DNA of 64,000 nt from the human T2T-CHM13v2.0 reference genome, Homo sapiens. A model generated the notes under the pieces. It was given only the letters and a program-made list of their open reading frames with translations. It was not told the origin of the DNA and ran no database searches. This document shows, piece by piece, positions 11,975 to 26,429 of this stretch (positions are counted from its first letter, which is position 1; each line of letters starts with the position of its first letter). A program made the translations under genes and the position numbers. The stretch is from the NCBI RefSeq assembly GCF_009914755.1, contig NC_060933.1. The stretch is one strand, 5' to 3'.

Positions 11975-14900
11975 TGCCTCTCTTCTCCAACTGCACTCCT
12001 ATGGCTACGTATCAGTCCAAGCCACAGCCAATGTTACAGAGGCCTGTGTGTATCAGGAACTGTGTGACATGCTCTGCATCCATCATCTTACTGACACACA
12101 CAACAACAAAATTACAGCCACTAGCTGTTGTGTTTCTCCCACAGCCCAACTCCTTACAAGTATCATTTAATGTAATTCCCATGAAGTCCCTGTGGAGAGA
12201 GATGGAAACTGAGGGTCAGAGAGGTAAAATAACTCGTCGGAAATCACATGGCTAAGAAACACTGGCTGTAGGCATTGAGATGAACAGCAATACCTTTATT
12301 CTACCCAAGGCATGGCATTATTTGCTCTGACACATTGTTTCAATCAACAAACATACTGAGCAACTAATATAACGGACCTTTGTTAGGCATACCAGATTAA
12401 TCAAGCCCTTAAGTATTTTGATGCCTGACCCAGACTCCACTAAAATTCCCAGGGAGGGGAGACTTTCCTACAGAATCATACCCATTTGATGGATGAGGAA
12501 ACAATGCTAGAGATTAAATAATTTGCCCGTGTTCTTACAACTGGATGCATCAGAGAAAGGATTTGAATCTGGGTTCCATGAGCCAGTGTTCCTTCCACTA
12601 CACAGCATGCACAAAATGTGCCCAAATGCATGTGCATATATATGAGTACATAACAAAGAACAGCATGGGAAGCTGGTGGCCTCCTAGGAGGAAAGGAAAG
12701 AGAAATAAGAGGGAAAGTGGATAGGACAGGAAAGGAAAGGCAAACATTCAGGTATTCTAAACTCTTTATTTCCTCCTGAAATCTCAGATACACAAAGAGG
12801 GAAGAGTGACATTTTCCTTCCCTTCCTCAGGCCCCAAAGGTCACCAAGCTGCCAAGCAGTTGATGAACGCAGTGGCTTTTCTTTGGAGCCAAGAGTCGCT
12901 GATTTGCTCCTTCCTGCTCCACAAAATTAAAAATCTAAGCCTGACAGTTCAGAGGAGCCCTGAAAACACCGCTGGAATTTCCCAGTGTGCTTTAAACAGA
13001 AACAGAAGCTTGGCAGAGGAGGGAAGTGGTGTAAGCACCTCCCAGGTCAGGCCAAATCCACCCCTCACAAGGTAACAGGCACTGACTCTCATTAACAAGT
13101 CCAGGGATTCTCAAGCCAGGTCAGCAAAGGGGCTCTTCCTCTAATGGCCCCTTTCCTGGCCATCGATCCACTGGGTGTTCATTCACTCACTCATTTGGTA
13201 CATCACGTATGGAGCCGTCATTCATGTCAACTTTACGCTAGGTCTTAGGGACACAGAGACGATTAAACCATGATCTCTGAACTCAAGGGGCTCCCCGCCT
13301 CTCCTTGTGGATGGGCTGTGGGTAGATCTGAGAAAGGGCACAGTAGTATGCAGCAGACCAGTGGACCATTCCCACTCACCCACCAGCCCCATTCTCTCCC
13401 CGACATGGTCCTGGGCCCAGGGCCAGAAAGTCTCCAGGCTGGGGTCCTGGCCTTTTCACTTACCAGCTAGGCAGCTTCAGGCAAGGCACTCAGCCTTCTC
13501 TAGCACCAGTTTCCCTTGCTGTGAGCCGAGGTCATGCTCCTTACCTTCAGGGTTGTTGAAAAGATTGGGGGAGACACTGGGAACACATGTTTCATACAGA
13601 GTCCACCATCAAGCAGACGCTCGGTCAGTGCCAGCTGGCCCCCCTCTGGGAGCTGGGTTCTGCCAGTCCTCCTAGCAATCCACTCTAGAAATCCACCCCA
13701 ACACAGAACCTCCATCCAGCCTGGCCTCCACTCTGCCATCCAGAACGGAGTGGGGAGCCTACTCACACTCTGACTCTGCTGGTGTTTTGTCTCAAACTGA
13801 AGCAGGCTTCCCACTGCTGCAGACTCAGTTTCCTCATGTGTAAAAAGAGGACAAGAAAGGTGTCAACACCTTTCCCCACAGCTGCAAAGCACAAACATGC
13901 GATGATATGGCAGAGCACTCCATAAGATGAGAAGCATGGCCCAGAGATAGCTCGCCACGTTACTGCCACCCAGCAGATCCTGCTCTTCTAGAAAACCCTC
14001 CTGACTACTCCTATCCCCGCCTCAGGTTGTCATCTCTAAACCCCATGCCAAGCACAGTGAACAACAGATTCTTTGGCCTGCAGTTAAAACTTGTTTAGTG
14101 ATGTTTCCTGTGCGCTATCACTTTCCCCTTAAAATAACTGCTTTAAACCTTACGCTATTCACATACACTGTGGTAATGTTTACCACTGGTACCTGTAAAG
14201 CAGTGTTGAATTTTTGAACATACCATATTTTATATTTACCTATATTTTAGAATGTATTATTTTAAAATATCCTCAAAGCAACCTCTTGAAATGAGCTTTA
14301 TTATTCACATTTTACAGAAGAACAACCTGAAGCTCCAAGAGGTACAGTAATTTGCCCCAGATCATAGAGTATCAGAGTTAAGATTTGAGCTTGGGATTTG
14401 ACCCCAAAGCCTGGTGCCTTTCTCCTCGCTGTGCAGCCTCCTCCACTTTCCAGGCACAGAGCTGGTGCTAAGCAAATACTGAGGACAGTGGCCACTTCCA
14501 CACGTCTCTTGTGACCTCCATGTATAGACTTACCAGAGTGCTGAAACACAGTGGCAAGCAAGCCCTAAAAGTAGGGCCAGTATAATAGTTTTCTTTTGTA
14601 CACACTAAACTGCTTCATGCAATGAAATAACTGTGTTTGAATCCTGCTCCTCCTAATTATGTGTGTGACTTTGGACAAGTTACTTAACCTCTCTGTGCCT
14701 ATATTTCATCATCTGTAAAATAGGGGCCCCACTACCAGAGCACAGATGCATTATGAAAATTAAATAATGAGCATAACGTGTCTGGCAGTAGTTCAAAATA
14801 GCATCCATCCAAAGTGAAACAATAGAACTTGAATTTAAGAGTTTCACTGGGAGTGTGGGGGATGTTGATTCCCTAGTCCCCAAATGGTTTGGGGTCACCC

Positions 14901-17900
14901 TATCATAAAATAGGACCTCATTCCTCCCACACAACTGCCACTTGCCATCATTCATTCATCACTAAGCACTGCAAAGCCCGACTCCCATCTCCACCTGCCT
15001 TTTATTTGAAATGTCAATTTTTAAAGAGTGGAGAGGTTGGAAACCCAATTTAACAAGCACGCTGAAACATTGTTTATTGCCCCCATAAACATGGCTTAGT
15101 GAGAATTACGGACTTAATCAGAGTGAACTTATCTTGCGGTGAAAAGGAACACTTTAAATTTCAGAAATGGCACCTTCACTGTGAAAATCTCTTAACTTTT
15201 CAAACAAACTACAGGGGGTCTTAAACATATGGGCAGTAAAGGGGCAGCTATTACTTTGATTTGTCCTACCCACGAGCCTAGGAGCCCTCACAGTCCTTAA
15301 CAACTTTAAGATCTAGGAAAAATACTTGGAAAATCATATTCAGGAGACATGTCTCTAAAAGCACCCAAAAGGTCTGCAGAGTGAGAAGTGAGACCTGTAT
15401 AGCTGCTCTTGGGGTTATTCAAAAGGATGGGCCCTAGGGTCATTAGAACAGGGGCTATTTAATAAGCAGCAGCAGTGAGAAAGTGCACCCCTCCTCCTAA
15501 GATTAAACATTTAGCAATAGGTAATATTTTGCTGACCTGCTTTTCAGAAGAGAGGTGCTACACAAATCTAAAAGGCTGCTAAATGGTTTGTGTGGGTCTT
15601 CTTTATTTATAAACCCCCTCCCTCCTGCTGAGGATGACGTCCTATGAACCCCAACTTCCCAATCTGAGGCTTCATTAATGCTACTCAGATCATTCCAGGG
15701 AAGGTTTTCATAAAGACGACCCCATCTTGCAGACAACGTATCAGCCTGGCTGCCAGAGGCAGGAAAGGCAATAGATATAAAATTTTATTATTTCAATGCC
15801 CCAGTAGCAGCCAGGAGGACTTAATGAAATCGCCAAGATTTACAATCTGAAATAGCTATTGCACAGACAGATACAGTTAAGGGAGCTGAGCCCTCTGACC
15901 TTTCAACCCTTTGATCTTCACTCGGCAGGTGGCCTGGAGCCCCCTCCTGGGCATCTTCCCTCTCTTCTGACACTGCCAAACCTTGATGTGCAATAAGCCT
16001 GACCCTACACAGGTGACTCTCCCGGTGCTTATCACCAGCAGCTGCTGCTAATGGCACGGCCAAAATCACTCCGAGGCAGGGAAGGGGAATATACTGTGCA
16101 GTGTCCAAATGGTGCTGAAACAAGGCTCAATAACTCAGCCCCAAGTCCAGTTGTGCAGCAGTGCATAATGATGTCATTACCCAAAAGTGTCCTTAGAAAA
16201 TGGAACTCTGATCTCCCCTGATTTACACTTTGAGGTTGGGGGAGGGGGGAAAATCACCTTTTAAAACTCAATCACAAATCTCAAAAAAAAAAAAAAAAAA
16301 AAACCAACCCCAAAGTCCCAAATGCATCTCTCAGAACTTCCCCAAAACCATGTGCAGCAAATTTATACCAGCGAAAATCTAAACAATTTTTGGAAACCTA
16401 AAATTGACTGTTTTCAGTTCCATGAAATTTCATTTAAAAAACCCCATATGCCAAAATGTCCAAATTCTCTTATTTTTAAAAATTGGGATGACATCCAAAA
16501 ATCATAGCTATCTTTTTCTTTCTTTTTTTTCCCCCTTCTTCTAAAGCTAGGGATGGGTAGTGTGCATATGTACTTATCAAGCTTCATAATTTAACCCATT
16601 CGGTCAGTACAAAATATTTGCAGTTAAATGCTGAAGAGGGAGGATATAAATTTATTACCACTGGATCTTTGGAAACAACGGACTCCTAGGCACCAAGGTT
16701 TAGCAGACATTATATTTGGCTAAGGAAGTGTCCAGGAGTCTAGGCACAGCTCCAATCTGCACCTTTTAGCTTTTGTCAATATTTGGGTTTATGGAGGGAA
16801 GGATTTTAGGCAAGACACATAAACCACTCTCAGGGATGTTGATAACTTCCAACCACAAAACAAAACTTCAGTGCCACTGTTCATCATACTTCAGAAAAGC
16901 CCCCAGTCAATGCCTTTGTTTCTAAACAAACATAGAATGGTGGTCCCAAGCTTTACCTGCAAAGGCCTGAACTTAGATCATAAATGTTTGAATCCAATAG
17001 CCAAAGAAAAAACCTACTTCTTTTGTAGCCTAAACGGCATATCTCTTAAGTGTCCAACTTTAATTTCATCTTGAAATCAGCTGAGAATCAAACAATATGT
17101 AAAGAGAGATCTATAGACTCCATTTTTAAACACACTTTTCTCTCTGGATGTTTAACTTTAGTACAGAGAGTAGTGTGTGGAGAAATTAGTTTAGCAGGGG
17201 GGAAAAAAGGCATGGTTACTACATCACAGTTTGACCTCTTTGTACAAAACGACTGTTGAGCTATCTTCTAGAGATGCCTATTGGAAATATTTTATTCATA
17301 ATAATAGCTACCAGAGGGTGATGGCCTAGTAATGTTCATGGCACTTCGGTCATATTATTTCTAATTGTCATCACTTTATGGCAGGTGTCCTCATTTTGCT
17401 GATGGGGATATTAAGGCACACACCCACAGAAGCTCAGCGACTTGCCCAAATTACAGATAGATAAATGGCAGAGCTGGGATTCAAACTCAGGTTCACTGAC
17501 TGCTCAAAAAGCCCATGGTCCAGCCACATTTTCCCCAACAAAAGCAAAACACGAACAAACAGAACAAGAACATGCATTAATTTGTGCAGAAAATGCCGGA
17601 TTTCGGCTTGCTTACACATTGCCCTGGCCCATTTAACGGCCTTCCAAATCAATTATTTTAGGTCATTAAGAGGAAGTTTAATTTGGTTGACAAACACCCC
17701 TACTGTGGTGACCTCACATATCAACAACAAATGCCTGATGGTCACAAACCCATACCATGAGTCGGCTGAGCATGGTGTTAAACAAAACCACATGCGCCCA
17801 GATTTCAAGTGGGATTTGTCTAGGCCAAGGGTACGGCTCTTCAATCATCACACTGCTGGTCTCTGAGCTCCCACAATGGCCCCGCCCCTAATCACTTGCA

Positions 17901-18397
17901 AGGAGTTTATGAAGTCAACAGTCTCACGTGGCCGGGCTCAGTTAAAAAGTAAGTTTAAGTTAATGTCAGTTTAGAAAAAGTCACTCATTAGAAAAATAAA
18001 AACAGGTTGAAAAAGGAGGGCAGAGTCAATCTTAGGTAGATAAGTCTTTTAGTTTCTTTGTAAGGGAAGGATATCAATTCTACACCTAAATAATATTGAT
18101 AATCACTTCCATTTATTTGGCACTCACCATGTGTCAGACACCAATCTGAGTGTTTTCATGTACCTTCTTATTTACTCCTCATTGAAAACTCCTATGAAAT
18201 GGGGCAACTACCTATTTTACCAGTGAGGAGTCTGGGGCTCAAAGAGGCACCTTAACGTACCCATCTGCAAAACAGGGGCACCTCTCTCAGAGTGGTGGCA
18301 ATTAGAAATTACACGGCCAAAGTGGCATGCACATTAGTAGACCCTCATTCAATGGTCAAGATTATTATGTATAGGTATTTCCAGCAGGAATCTTTTA

Positions 18398-18668
<271 letters not shown>

Positions 18669-19907
18669 GGTGCTTGTTTAAAGTGATCTAGTAGTGGTGA
18701 AACTAGAATATGAACTCAGGTCCATATGACTCCAGTGCCCACGAGCTCTCTGTTACACAGTCCCCCTGCTCACTGCCCACTGCTCCTTACCTCAATCTGG
18801 CAGGAATTTGACTCATTCAGGCTTCTCTTGGTAACAATTTATAAACTTTTAAGTTTTCTCTGAAGCCAGTTTTAACATTGCTAAATGCAACCTATATATA
18901 ATGACATAAATGATGATAGGAAAATACGAAAACAAAAGCATCAATGATGGTTTCACATTTTTTTACTGGGATTCTCCTCATCATTACTGAGTTTTTCTCA
19001 TCTGTAACAGAGGGCTATTCCATCTCACGTGAGAATATTTCCATCATGACTAGTTAGACTGAAAACGTACTGACTGCAAGAGATACTTAACTCAGCCAGA
19101 AGTACTTGTTCCCTTTGATTACATAAATTACTGCTAGAGCTTTAAATTGTTTTATATTAACTAATTCCAACATTAGGATAAGTGGCATTTGAGATTCATA
19201 TTCATTTTAAAAGCAAATGCTTACTGTGAAGAGGAGACAGCTTCTAAGGGAAATCTATCCACTCAATCCAGGGCCTTCCTCGAGGCCTAAGGTGAGCAGA
19301 GCCTGCTGCGTTTGCAGTAGGAAGCTTCTGGATGGTACGAGACTCATAAGTGATGACTGTGCATGAGAACACATAGCATGCTAAGGAAATTCCAGGACCA
19401 AGCCACCGTTCAATTACCTTTTTCTTTACAAAATAAAGCAATCTCCACCCAGGGTTTCACTGATATAAACTTTGCCTCTTATTTTTATACTACTAACTAG
19501 GAAAATGAATGTTTGGCATAGTATTTTTAAAAAGCTCTTCATATTTGATTTAATTGAATAAACTATATCAGTTAATTCTCACAAGTCTTTTATGTGGATA
19601 ATATCAATTTAATTTTACAGATAAGAGTGGACCAGGTAAGAGTGGACCAGATAAGTTAACCAGGTCCCAGTCAAAGTATACTCAGAGCTTGTCTCTGGAG
19701 GAATATGGGGCCACCAGCTGTAAGCCCTCCTTTCCCCTCCTCACCACAATCCCCAGCACACAGCACTGAGAAGGAAGAGCCCAGGACAGGTGGGGACTCT
19801 GCCCAGGACTGGGATGGCACAGGCATAATCCACATGGCCTGATGGGAGGGTACGCAGATCAGAGGCTCTGATAAACCCCTTGCAGCTGAAGGCCTGGGTA
19901 CAAATTA

Positions 19908-20270
19908 CAGTCGTCTCTCAGTATCTGAGGGGGATTGGTTCCAGGGCCCCTGTGAATACCAACATCTGCAGATGCTCAAGTCTCTGATACCAAAGGGTAT
20001 AATGTTTGCATATAACCAATGCACATACTCCTGTATGCTTTAAATTGTCTCTAGATTACTTACAATACCTAATACAATGTAAATGTTAAATAGTTGTGAT
20101 ACTGTATATAACAACTATTATACAACAATTATACAAATATTATACAAAAATAGCCAATACCATATTGGCTTTTTAATTTATATTCTTTCATATATTTTTT
20201 TCCAAATATTTTTGATCTGTGGTTGGATGAATCTGTGGACATGGAACCTGTGGATGCAGAGCGCCAATTG
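19908..20270 (+). mobile_element. MER2 (Tigger-family non-autonomous DNA transposon)
   Basis: TA|cagtcgtctctcagtatc...ggatgcagagcgccaattg|TA, with the diagnostic internal ctctagattacttacaatacctaatacaatgtaaatg. Confidence 0.88.
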
Positions 20271-20493
20271 TATGTTACCTCTCAGAGCCTCAGCTTCCCT
20301 ATCTGCAAGTGTGAATATCTCCTACTTCGCAGAGAGTGTCTGAGGAACGCTCAAACATGAAAACAGGTCAAGTCCTCAGCACAGTGGTTGGCAAGTACTC
20401 AAAAGATGTTAAAGTCTCCTCCAACCCTTTCCCTTTCTTGCCATGAGCCTATGAATGAAACTATCAGGTGAGATTTTTCATGCAAATATCACT

Positions 20494-20726
20494 TTTTATT
20501 TCATTTTATTTTGAGACAGGGTCTTTGTCACCCAGGCTGGAGTGCGGTGGCACAATTATGGCTCACTGCAGCCTCGAACTCCTGGGCTTGGCTTGAGTGA
20601 TCCTCTTGCCTCAGCCTTCTGAGTAGCTGGAACTATAGCTGTGTGTCACCACACCTGGCTAGTTTTGTTGTTGTTGTTGTTTTTAATTTTACGTAGAGAT
20701 GAGGTCTCACTGTGTTGCCCAGGCTG
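20494..20726 (-). mobile_element. Partial AluJ
   Basis: Reverse-strand AluJ-like right arm plus part of the left arm. Confidence 0.85.
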
Positions 20727-22734
20727 TTTTTTAATAAAGCAAGAATAGGATCACTTGGCACTAATAAATGTCACATGGAACATCTCTGTTCTTGTGAGGA
20801 CACATATACAAGTCACCATTTATACCTGGATGTAACTATGGCTCAGAATTTTGCATCAATTGCAGCATTAACAAATGTGAACTACATCTTACTTCTGTCT
20901 ACATGTGGAGTCATACAAAGAAGCAAAATGGTACAATGGTAAACAAGAAACACTCTTCTTTACTCTGTTAAAAAATAAATATCAAAAAAAGAGAAAGGAA
21001 CAAAGCATGAAAGACTTTCTATGCCAGGGGAAAAATGAAAAGAAAAAACTAGTTAAAATAGTGCCAACTCAATTGACAGAAATTCCAGTTCTTTGAAATG
21101 CAAAGGAAAAAAAATCCCATTACTTTCCCCTTGCCTGTAAATAAATGAATCCTATATTATTTTGTGTAAAAGCTCCATAGTTAAATTGGGAACCTTGTTG
21201 TAGACATAGACAAATGTGGCCTCTGGATCCCGAGACCAAGATGAGCTTTGATTTGGCACCTGGATGCTGTCCTCTGAATGGCGGCTCAGTGCTGTTTTAA
21301 GCACTTGTATGTTTGAAAAACCAGGCTTCTAGGGACCCATGGCTAAGCATTCCTAGGTAAAAGATGGTGAAAGCAGCAGAATGCCAGGAGCTCCCCATGC
21401 ACCCATCACACGCCTCTTGAAACTGCATTAGAGGGGAGAAGCAGCTGGGGGCCCCCCAACTGGTCCCTGGGTCTCACTCCCCCTGCACCTACTGCCTTGA
21501 ACTACCACATAGTACATAAAATACATTCATACCCTTAAACTGAGGTGTAGAAAAAGTAACTAATTCATAAAAAGTACTTGAAAACATAGAAGAAAAGACA
21601 CAATCTAGTAAAAGTGGTGCTAATACTTCGAAGAAAGCCATCACTACAAACACCTCTGTCACAGCTTGGTAGCAAAGAAGCTCAGGTTTGGGACACTGAC
21701 CCATCTGAATTTTATGTACATGTTTTTGATGTGTAATTTCCTAAAGAATTACCTTGATCTTTGCAAATATCAATTTACTTTATTAACATGGTTAAGTGGT
21801 TTCCAAGCATTTTATACGGAAGGACTGTGTTTCTAATGGCCCAGAAGGAGAAGGCCTGACCATGTCCCTCCTCTATTTACACCCTTCAATGGCTCTCCAT
21901 TGCCCTATAAAGTTCAAACTCTTTACTGCAGCCTCCAAGGCCCTGGATGGGCTGGGCCTGGCCTGCTTACCTCAGCTCATGCTCCTATCGGAGGCTGAAC
22001 TACTCATATCTCCTGGAAAGCCCCCTTTGCCTACACCTAAGTCTTTGCAGATGCTGCTCTCTGCTCCCTGGTTTATCTAATTCTTCTATTTATCTACTAG
22101 GTTTCAGTGTGGGCATTCTCTTCCTCTGAGAAGCATTATTCTCAAGGCTAGGGTCAGCATCTCTCCTCCCAGAGCCTACAGCATCCCAAATTCACTACAA
22201 TTACTTTATATTTTTCTGCATCTGGTCTACACACAATCCTGTGAAGGTGGATATTATATCACATTTGCCATTTTTATACAGAGCCCCTAGTATAAACATG
22301 GTGCCCCGTACACAGAAAGCTCTCAAAACTCTGTTGCAGAAAGGAATGTATATTGTGTCCCCACCACATGCCAGACACTGGGATATGCTGTCCATATACA
22401 GGACTCAGCTCTTAGGAAGAAAGCAAGATACAGAAAGATGTAGTATCATGGCTGGAGTTAGCACAGCAGGGAAGTGGTCAAGCAGGGGTTTGGAAGTACA
22501 TTTGTCAAATTCTACAGAAGTGTCACTCCCAAGCCTGGTACCGTGCCTCTGCATTGCAGACCAGGAGAAAACGAGGCAGGCACAAACCAATTGTGTTGAA
22601 ACTGTCTTTCCCTAGGACATGAGGATGATGATCCTGGGAACCCAAGAGCTCCTAAAACACAGTTTCAAAGCCATCAGCTTAACAATGGAAACGGCTTGAA
22701 GGCCACTAAAGAAGTAAAACCAGCAAGGATTGCT

Positions 22735-22935
22735 GACCTTTGTTGAGCTCTTTATGTGCAGGAACTGTGCTGGGCATCTGATAGGCATTATCTCACTGGA
22801 TCCTCCCAGTGATCCCATAAGGGAGACACAGCCATTATCCTCAGTTTACAGGTGAGAAAATAGAGACTCAGAGGTCAATTACCTTGCCCACGATCAAGTA
22901 AGCAGGAAGTAGAGGTGTCACATTCTAACTGCTCT
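22735..22935 (-). mobile_element. MIR
   Basis: tatgtgcaggaactgtgctggg...attatcctcagtttacaggtgagaaaa..gagactcagaggtca..ttgccca is reverse MIR consensus. Confidence 0.75.
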
Positions 22936-24514
22936 ACTTCACTGCCCCTGTGTATGGGTGGAACTTCATTTACAAGCCACCGGATCCTCTGTCTGGAACT
23001 GTCATTGCTGTCACCTTTCCCTTCTCCTTCCTGACCATCCCACCACCAAGAAGGATAGAAAATACCTTCTGGATGCATCCCTCATGTCACTCTGAGGTCT
23101 GTACACAAAGCATTGTTTGTGAGGCTTGAGGAGGAAGGTCTTCATTTATCAAACAGGAGAAGCACCATCGACCAGACATGACCTGGCACCTGCTACCAGA
23201 GATGGCACAGAAGAGGGGCTGCATAAATGTCTCTTGAGCTAAATTGAGATCGCTTGAATGAAAGGACAGTCACTGTGGAATCTGGCCGTGTTTTGGGATT
23301 TCCTAGCTGCCAGCTAGCATGATCATTCTCTCCAAGAAGAAACTAGGTCTATGCCAATACCCTTGGCTATTCTGCTAACATGCCACTAGCCTCAGATTGC
23401 TTAAATGAGAGAGAAACTATAAACAGGCAGAAGGAGAGAGAAGAATGGCGATCAGGTATACACTTGTCACTTTGGGAGGAAGGCGGACTCTGTAAGGTGA
23501 CTAGGTTATCATTTAATGGCATCCTGTAAGAGCATGAACCAGAATTAGGTCTTTCCCCAAAATAACCTTTTTAAAAATAACAATGCAAGTTTGTAATTTA
23601 TATTTCTTTTTGTGCAACAAATTTGAGTGTCATAAAAATGGTTAAAAAGTCTTCCTATGGTAGCTTTTTCTAAACTTTTATGAACATCTGCCACATTCAT
23701 TTGAAGTTTAAAAAATTCTGGCACATATGCAAAGGCATAATAAGGTGCCTATAGCTTTCAAGAAAAAATAACAAGACAGTCAAAAATAAGCCTTTTGCTG
23801 AATTGCCAGTAAGAAAACTAGTGTAGCGAGAGGAGATGGGCCTTCCTGAGCACCTTCCGTAAACGGCTTTCCTTTGGCCCCAGGTCTGAGCTACAGGTTC
23901 CTGCAAGAAACCGCAGAAGGAGTATCCCTTTCACCTGAAGGGTACAATCGAACTAGATAAGCCCCATCAGAAAGCACAACTAGAGCACTCGGAATCTGAG
24001 CTGAAATTCCAGGGAGGAGGTCAGGAGACTGAATTCTAAGATTCAGTAGTTCACGGCTGCCCTACACACTCAGGAAACACTTCTTTGTTCATAAAGTGTC
24101 TTGGCTGGTTTCAAGAGTGGGACAACTCCCATTTTTGTTTTTATTTTTGTGCTGACTACACAGGAGTTCAGCACAGCAAACTCCTCCCCAGCCTCCGTCA
24201 ATCAGCAGGGCTAAGATCTATCTGGGCCAGTGCTTCCTAAGCCTTCTCCCTTAACGCCCTTCAAAGGCTGAGCAGAAGAGACCTGCACCCATTCATGTAA
24301 GTGCAAAACTCTGTCTCAAGTTTCAGCTGCAAAATGTACGCATATTTTACACTGCATGTTTTACTACAAAAGGCCTTATTTTAAATTACTTACAATTATA
24401 TAAAAAGTAAAAAATTCACTTCCCGCACCTGTAAGTAAAATTATGGCATTGGGTTGCCTGAAAACAGTGATGCCTATTAGAGGGCTTCTAAATGTGCTCC
24501 CAATTACAGCTTTC

Positions 24515-25313
24515 CAAGCATTCACTCAACGCTTCTTTTCACAAAGCATTTGCTCAGAGAATATCACCTGTGTGGCATCCTGTTAGGTGCTGAGGACACC
24601 ACAGTGAATGGGAACAGTCCTTGTTCCCAAAGAAGTCATGCTCCAGGGGATGATGGAGAGGAACAAGGAAGCAAACAGCTATTATTCAGAGCAAGAGGCA
24701 CCATAAGTGAAAGAAGAAAACAGAGCAGGAGGACTTCTTGGAAGAGGTGGAGAAGGGCAGGGCTGATGCATGCAGAGGGTTGGGAATGTGGATATGTTTA
24801 GGGATCAGCAGGAGCACAAGCTAACATGGGTCAGTGACCAGCCAGAAGGCTTGACAGTAGTGGAGAGACTGTGCAGAACCCAGGGACTGTGTAGGGGAGG
24901 CTGGAAGGCTCCTCCTCAAGTATTATGTAGCCCATGGTTATCAAGTGACCAGCTGGAGGGCAACCCATGCAATGTTGTGACTATGCACTGAACTTTATAT
25001 TCATCTCCATACCTCCAGGACCTAGCAAAATGCTTGGAACATAAGAGACCCTCATGTTGTTTATCAAATGAATAAGGCTTTTGCAAGAATCCAAGAAAGC
25101 AAAGTGTCAATGAAGGCAGTGAGGAAAGAACAGGGCGAGAGACGTTTTGGAGCTTTGTGAGTATTTAGAGAGGATGAGGAAGAAGAGCATTCAGCCATGA
25201 TCAGTGTGTTCCACTTAGGTGCCATTGAAGGCAGTAGTGCCATTCACAGGGACCAGGAACAGTGGAAGGGGAGTGGAGTGGCTTAGAGAGAGAGAGAGAG
25301 ACACAGAGAGAGA

Positions 25314-25409
<96 letters not shown>

Positions 25410-25750
25410 ACAATAAATTGTTTGGGGAAGACTGGGGGAGACATCCGTAGTACATCCAGGTGAAATCCAACTGGCACTTTAAACTTTGGACCTGAAGCTC
25501 AGAGAGAGGCAGACCAGCATTAGAACCCCAGCTGAGTCATTGACATTGACCTGGTAGCTGAAGCAAGAGGCCTTAAACAAGGTGACTAGAGGGCACATAG
25601 AAAAGAAGAGAAAGACAAAACTAGAAACTTGGAGAATGCTGAGGCGCTGGGACATAAAAAGGAATCTGAAAAAGCCTGTGCTGGAGCAGTCTGGAAGGCA
25701 GGAGGAGAGGCAAGCGGGAGGGAACTGTGGACTCCGATAGACCAAATAGT
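24515..25750. mobile_element. Degraded L2 fragments hosting the compound microsatellite
   Basis: cattcactcaac...tgttaggtgctgaggacacc.cagtga...gtccttg is L2 3'-end-like, followed by purine-rich L2-like sequence. Boundaries are uncertain. Confidence 0.45.
25285..25406. repeat. Compound microsatellite (AG)n-(AC)16-(AG)14-(TG)16
   Basis: Read directly from the sequence. Confidence 0.98.
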
Positions 25751-26429
25751 CGTTATATTAGTGTTTCAAACTCTACAGCAATTGGCACTAACGGTCCATT
25801 GGTAAGTATTTACTTTGAATTTCAATTTTTCATACGGGAGCTTTGAATAGACCCCCAAACTTGACAAACAAAGGTAAAACACAGAAGAAATCTCTTCAAT
25901 CTGATCTAAATACATCATCCCAGATAGTCCATAAACTGTGTACTGTATGTGCTTAGGGCTGGGTGATGACAAGGAGGAACTGTTAACAGAATGTAGGAGC
26001 CACATGGCCGGCCTGTCAAATTAGAAATTTGAGCAGATTTCTGTGGTCTATTTTGATCAAGATTCTCAATGTCAAACAAACAGGTTTTTCGATAACCAAC
26101 TTCTTTCATTTTCGTAAGCACAATAGCACAGTGTGCAACAGTTAGTGAAGCAGGTGGTCCTCGTCGACGTGAAATGAAGGGAACAGAAGAAGAGAAGTAG
26201 CACTTCCTTCAAGACATGCAAAGCACCACCGCAGACGGACATGGCTGTAGATTTTCCCTCTGAGAGCTTATCTCCTGTGCAACACAGGCAAGCACCCTCC
26301 CCACGCCTCATTTTGCTCTAGTACAAATTAAAACTCTCTCCTGAGGAGGAAAGGGCTTAGGGTACATGTCTACAAACTAATGACACTTACAAAAGCACAG
26401 AAAAGTCCTTTAAAAGAATTGCTATCTAA

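Noticed and set aside
18909-18990. C/D-box snoRNA-like arrangement (ATGATGA...CTGA)
   Set aside because: It lies on the strand opposite the host transcript, has no terminal stem outside the boxes and no recognisable rRNA/snRNA guide.
19621-19665. 15-bp tandem unit taagagtggaccag
   Set aside because: A small slippage duplication at a MIR edge, which is commonplace.
25201-25477. Overlapping ORFs with HTHT/ERER/CVCV repeats
   Set aside because: These are artefacts of stop-free dinucleotide repeats.
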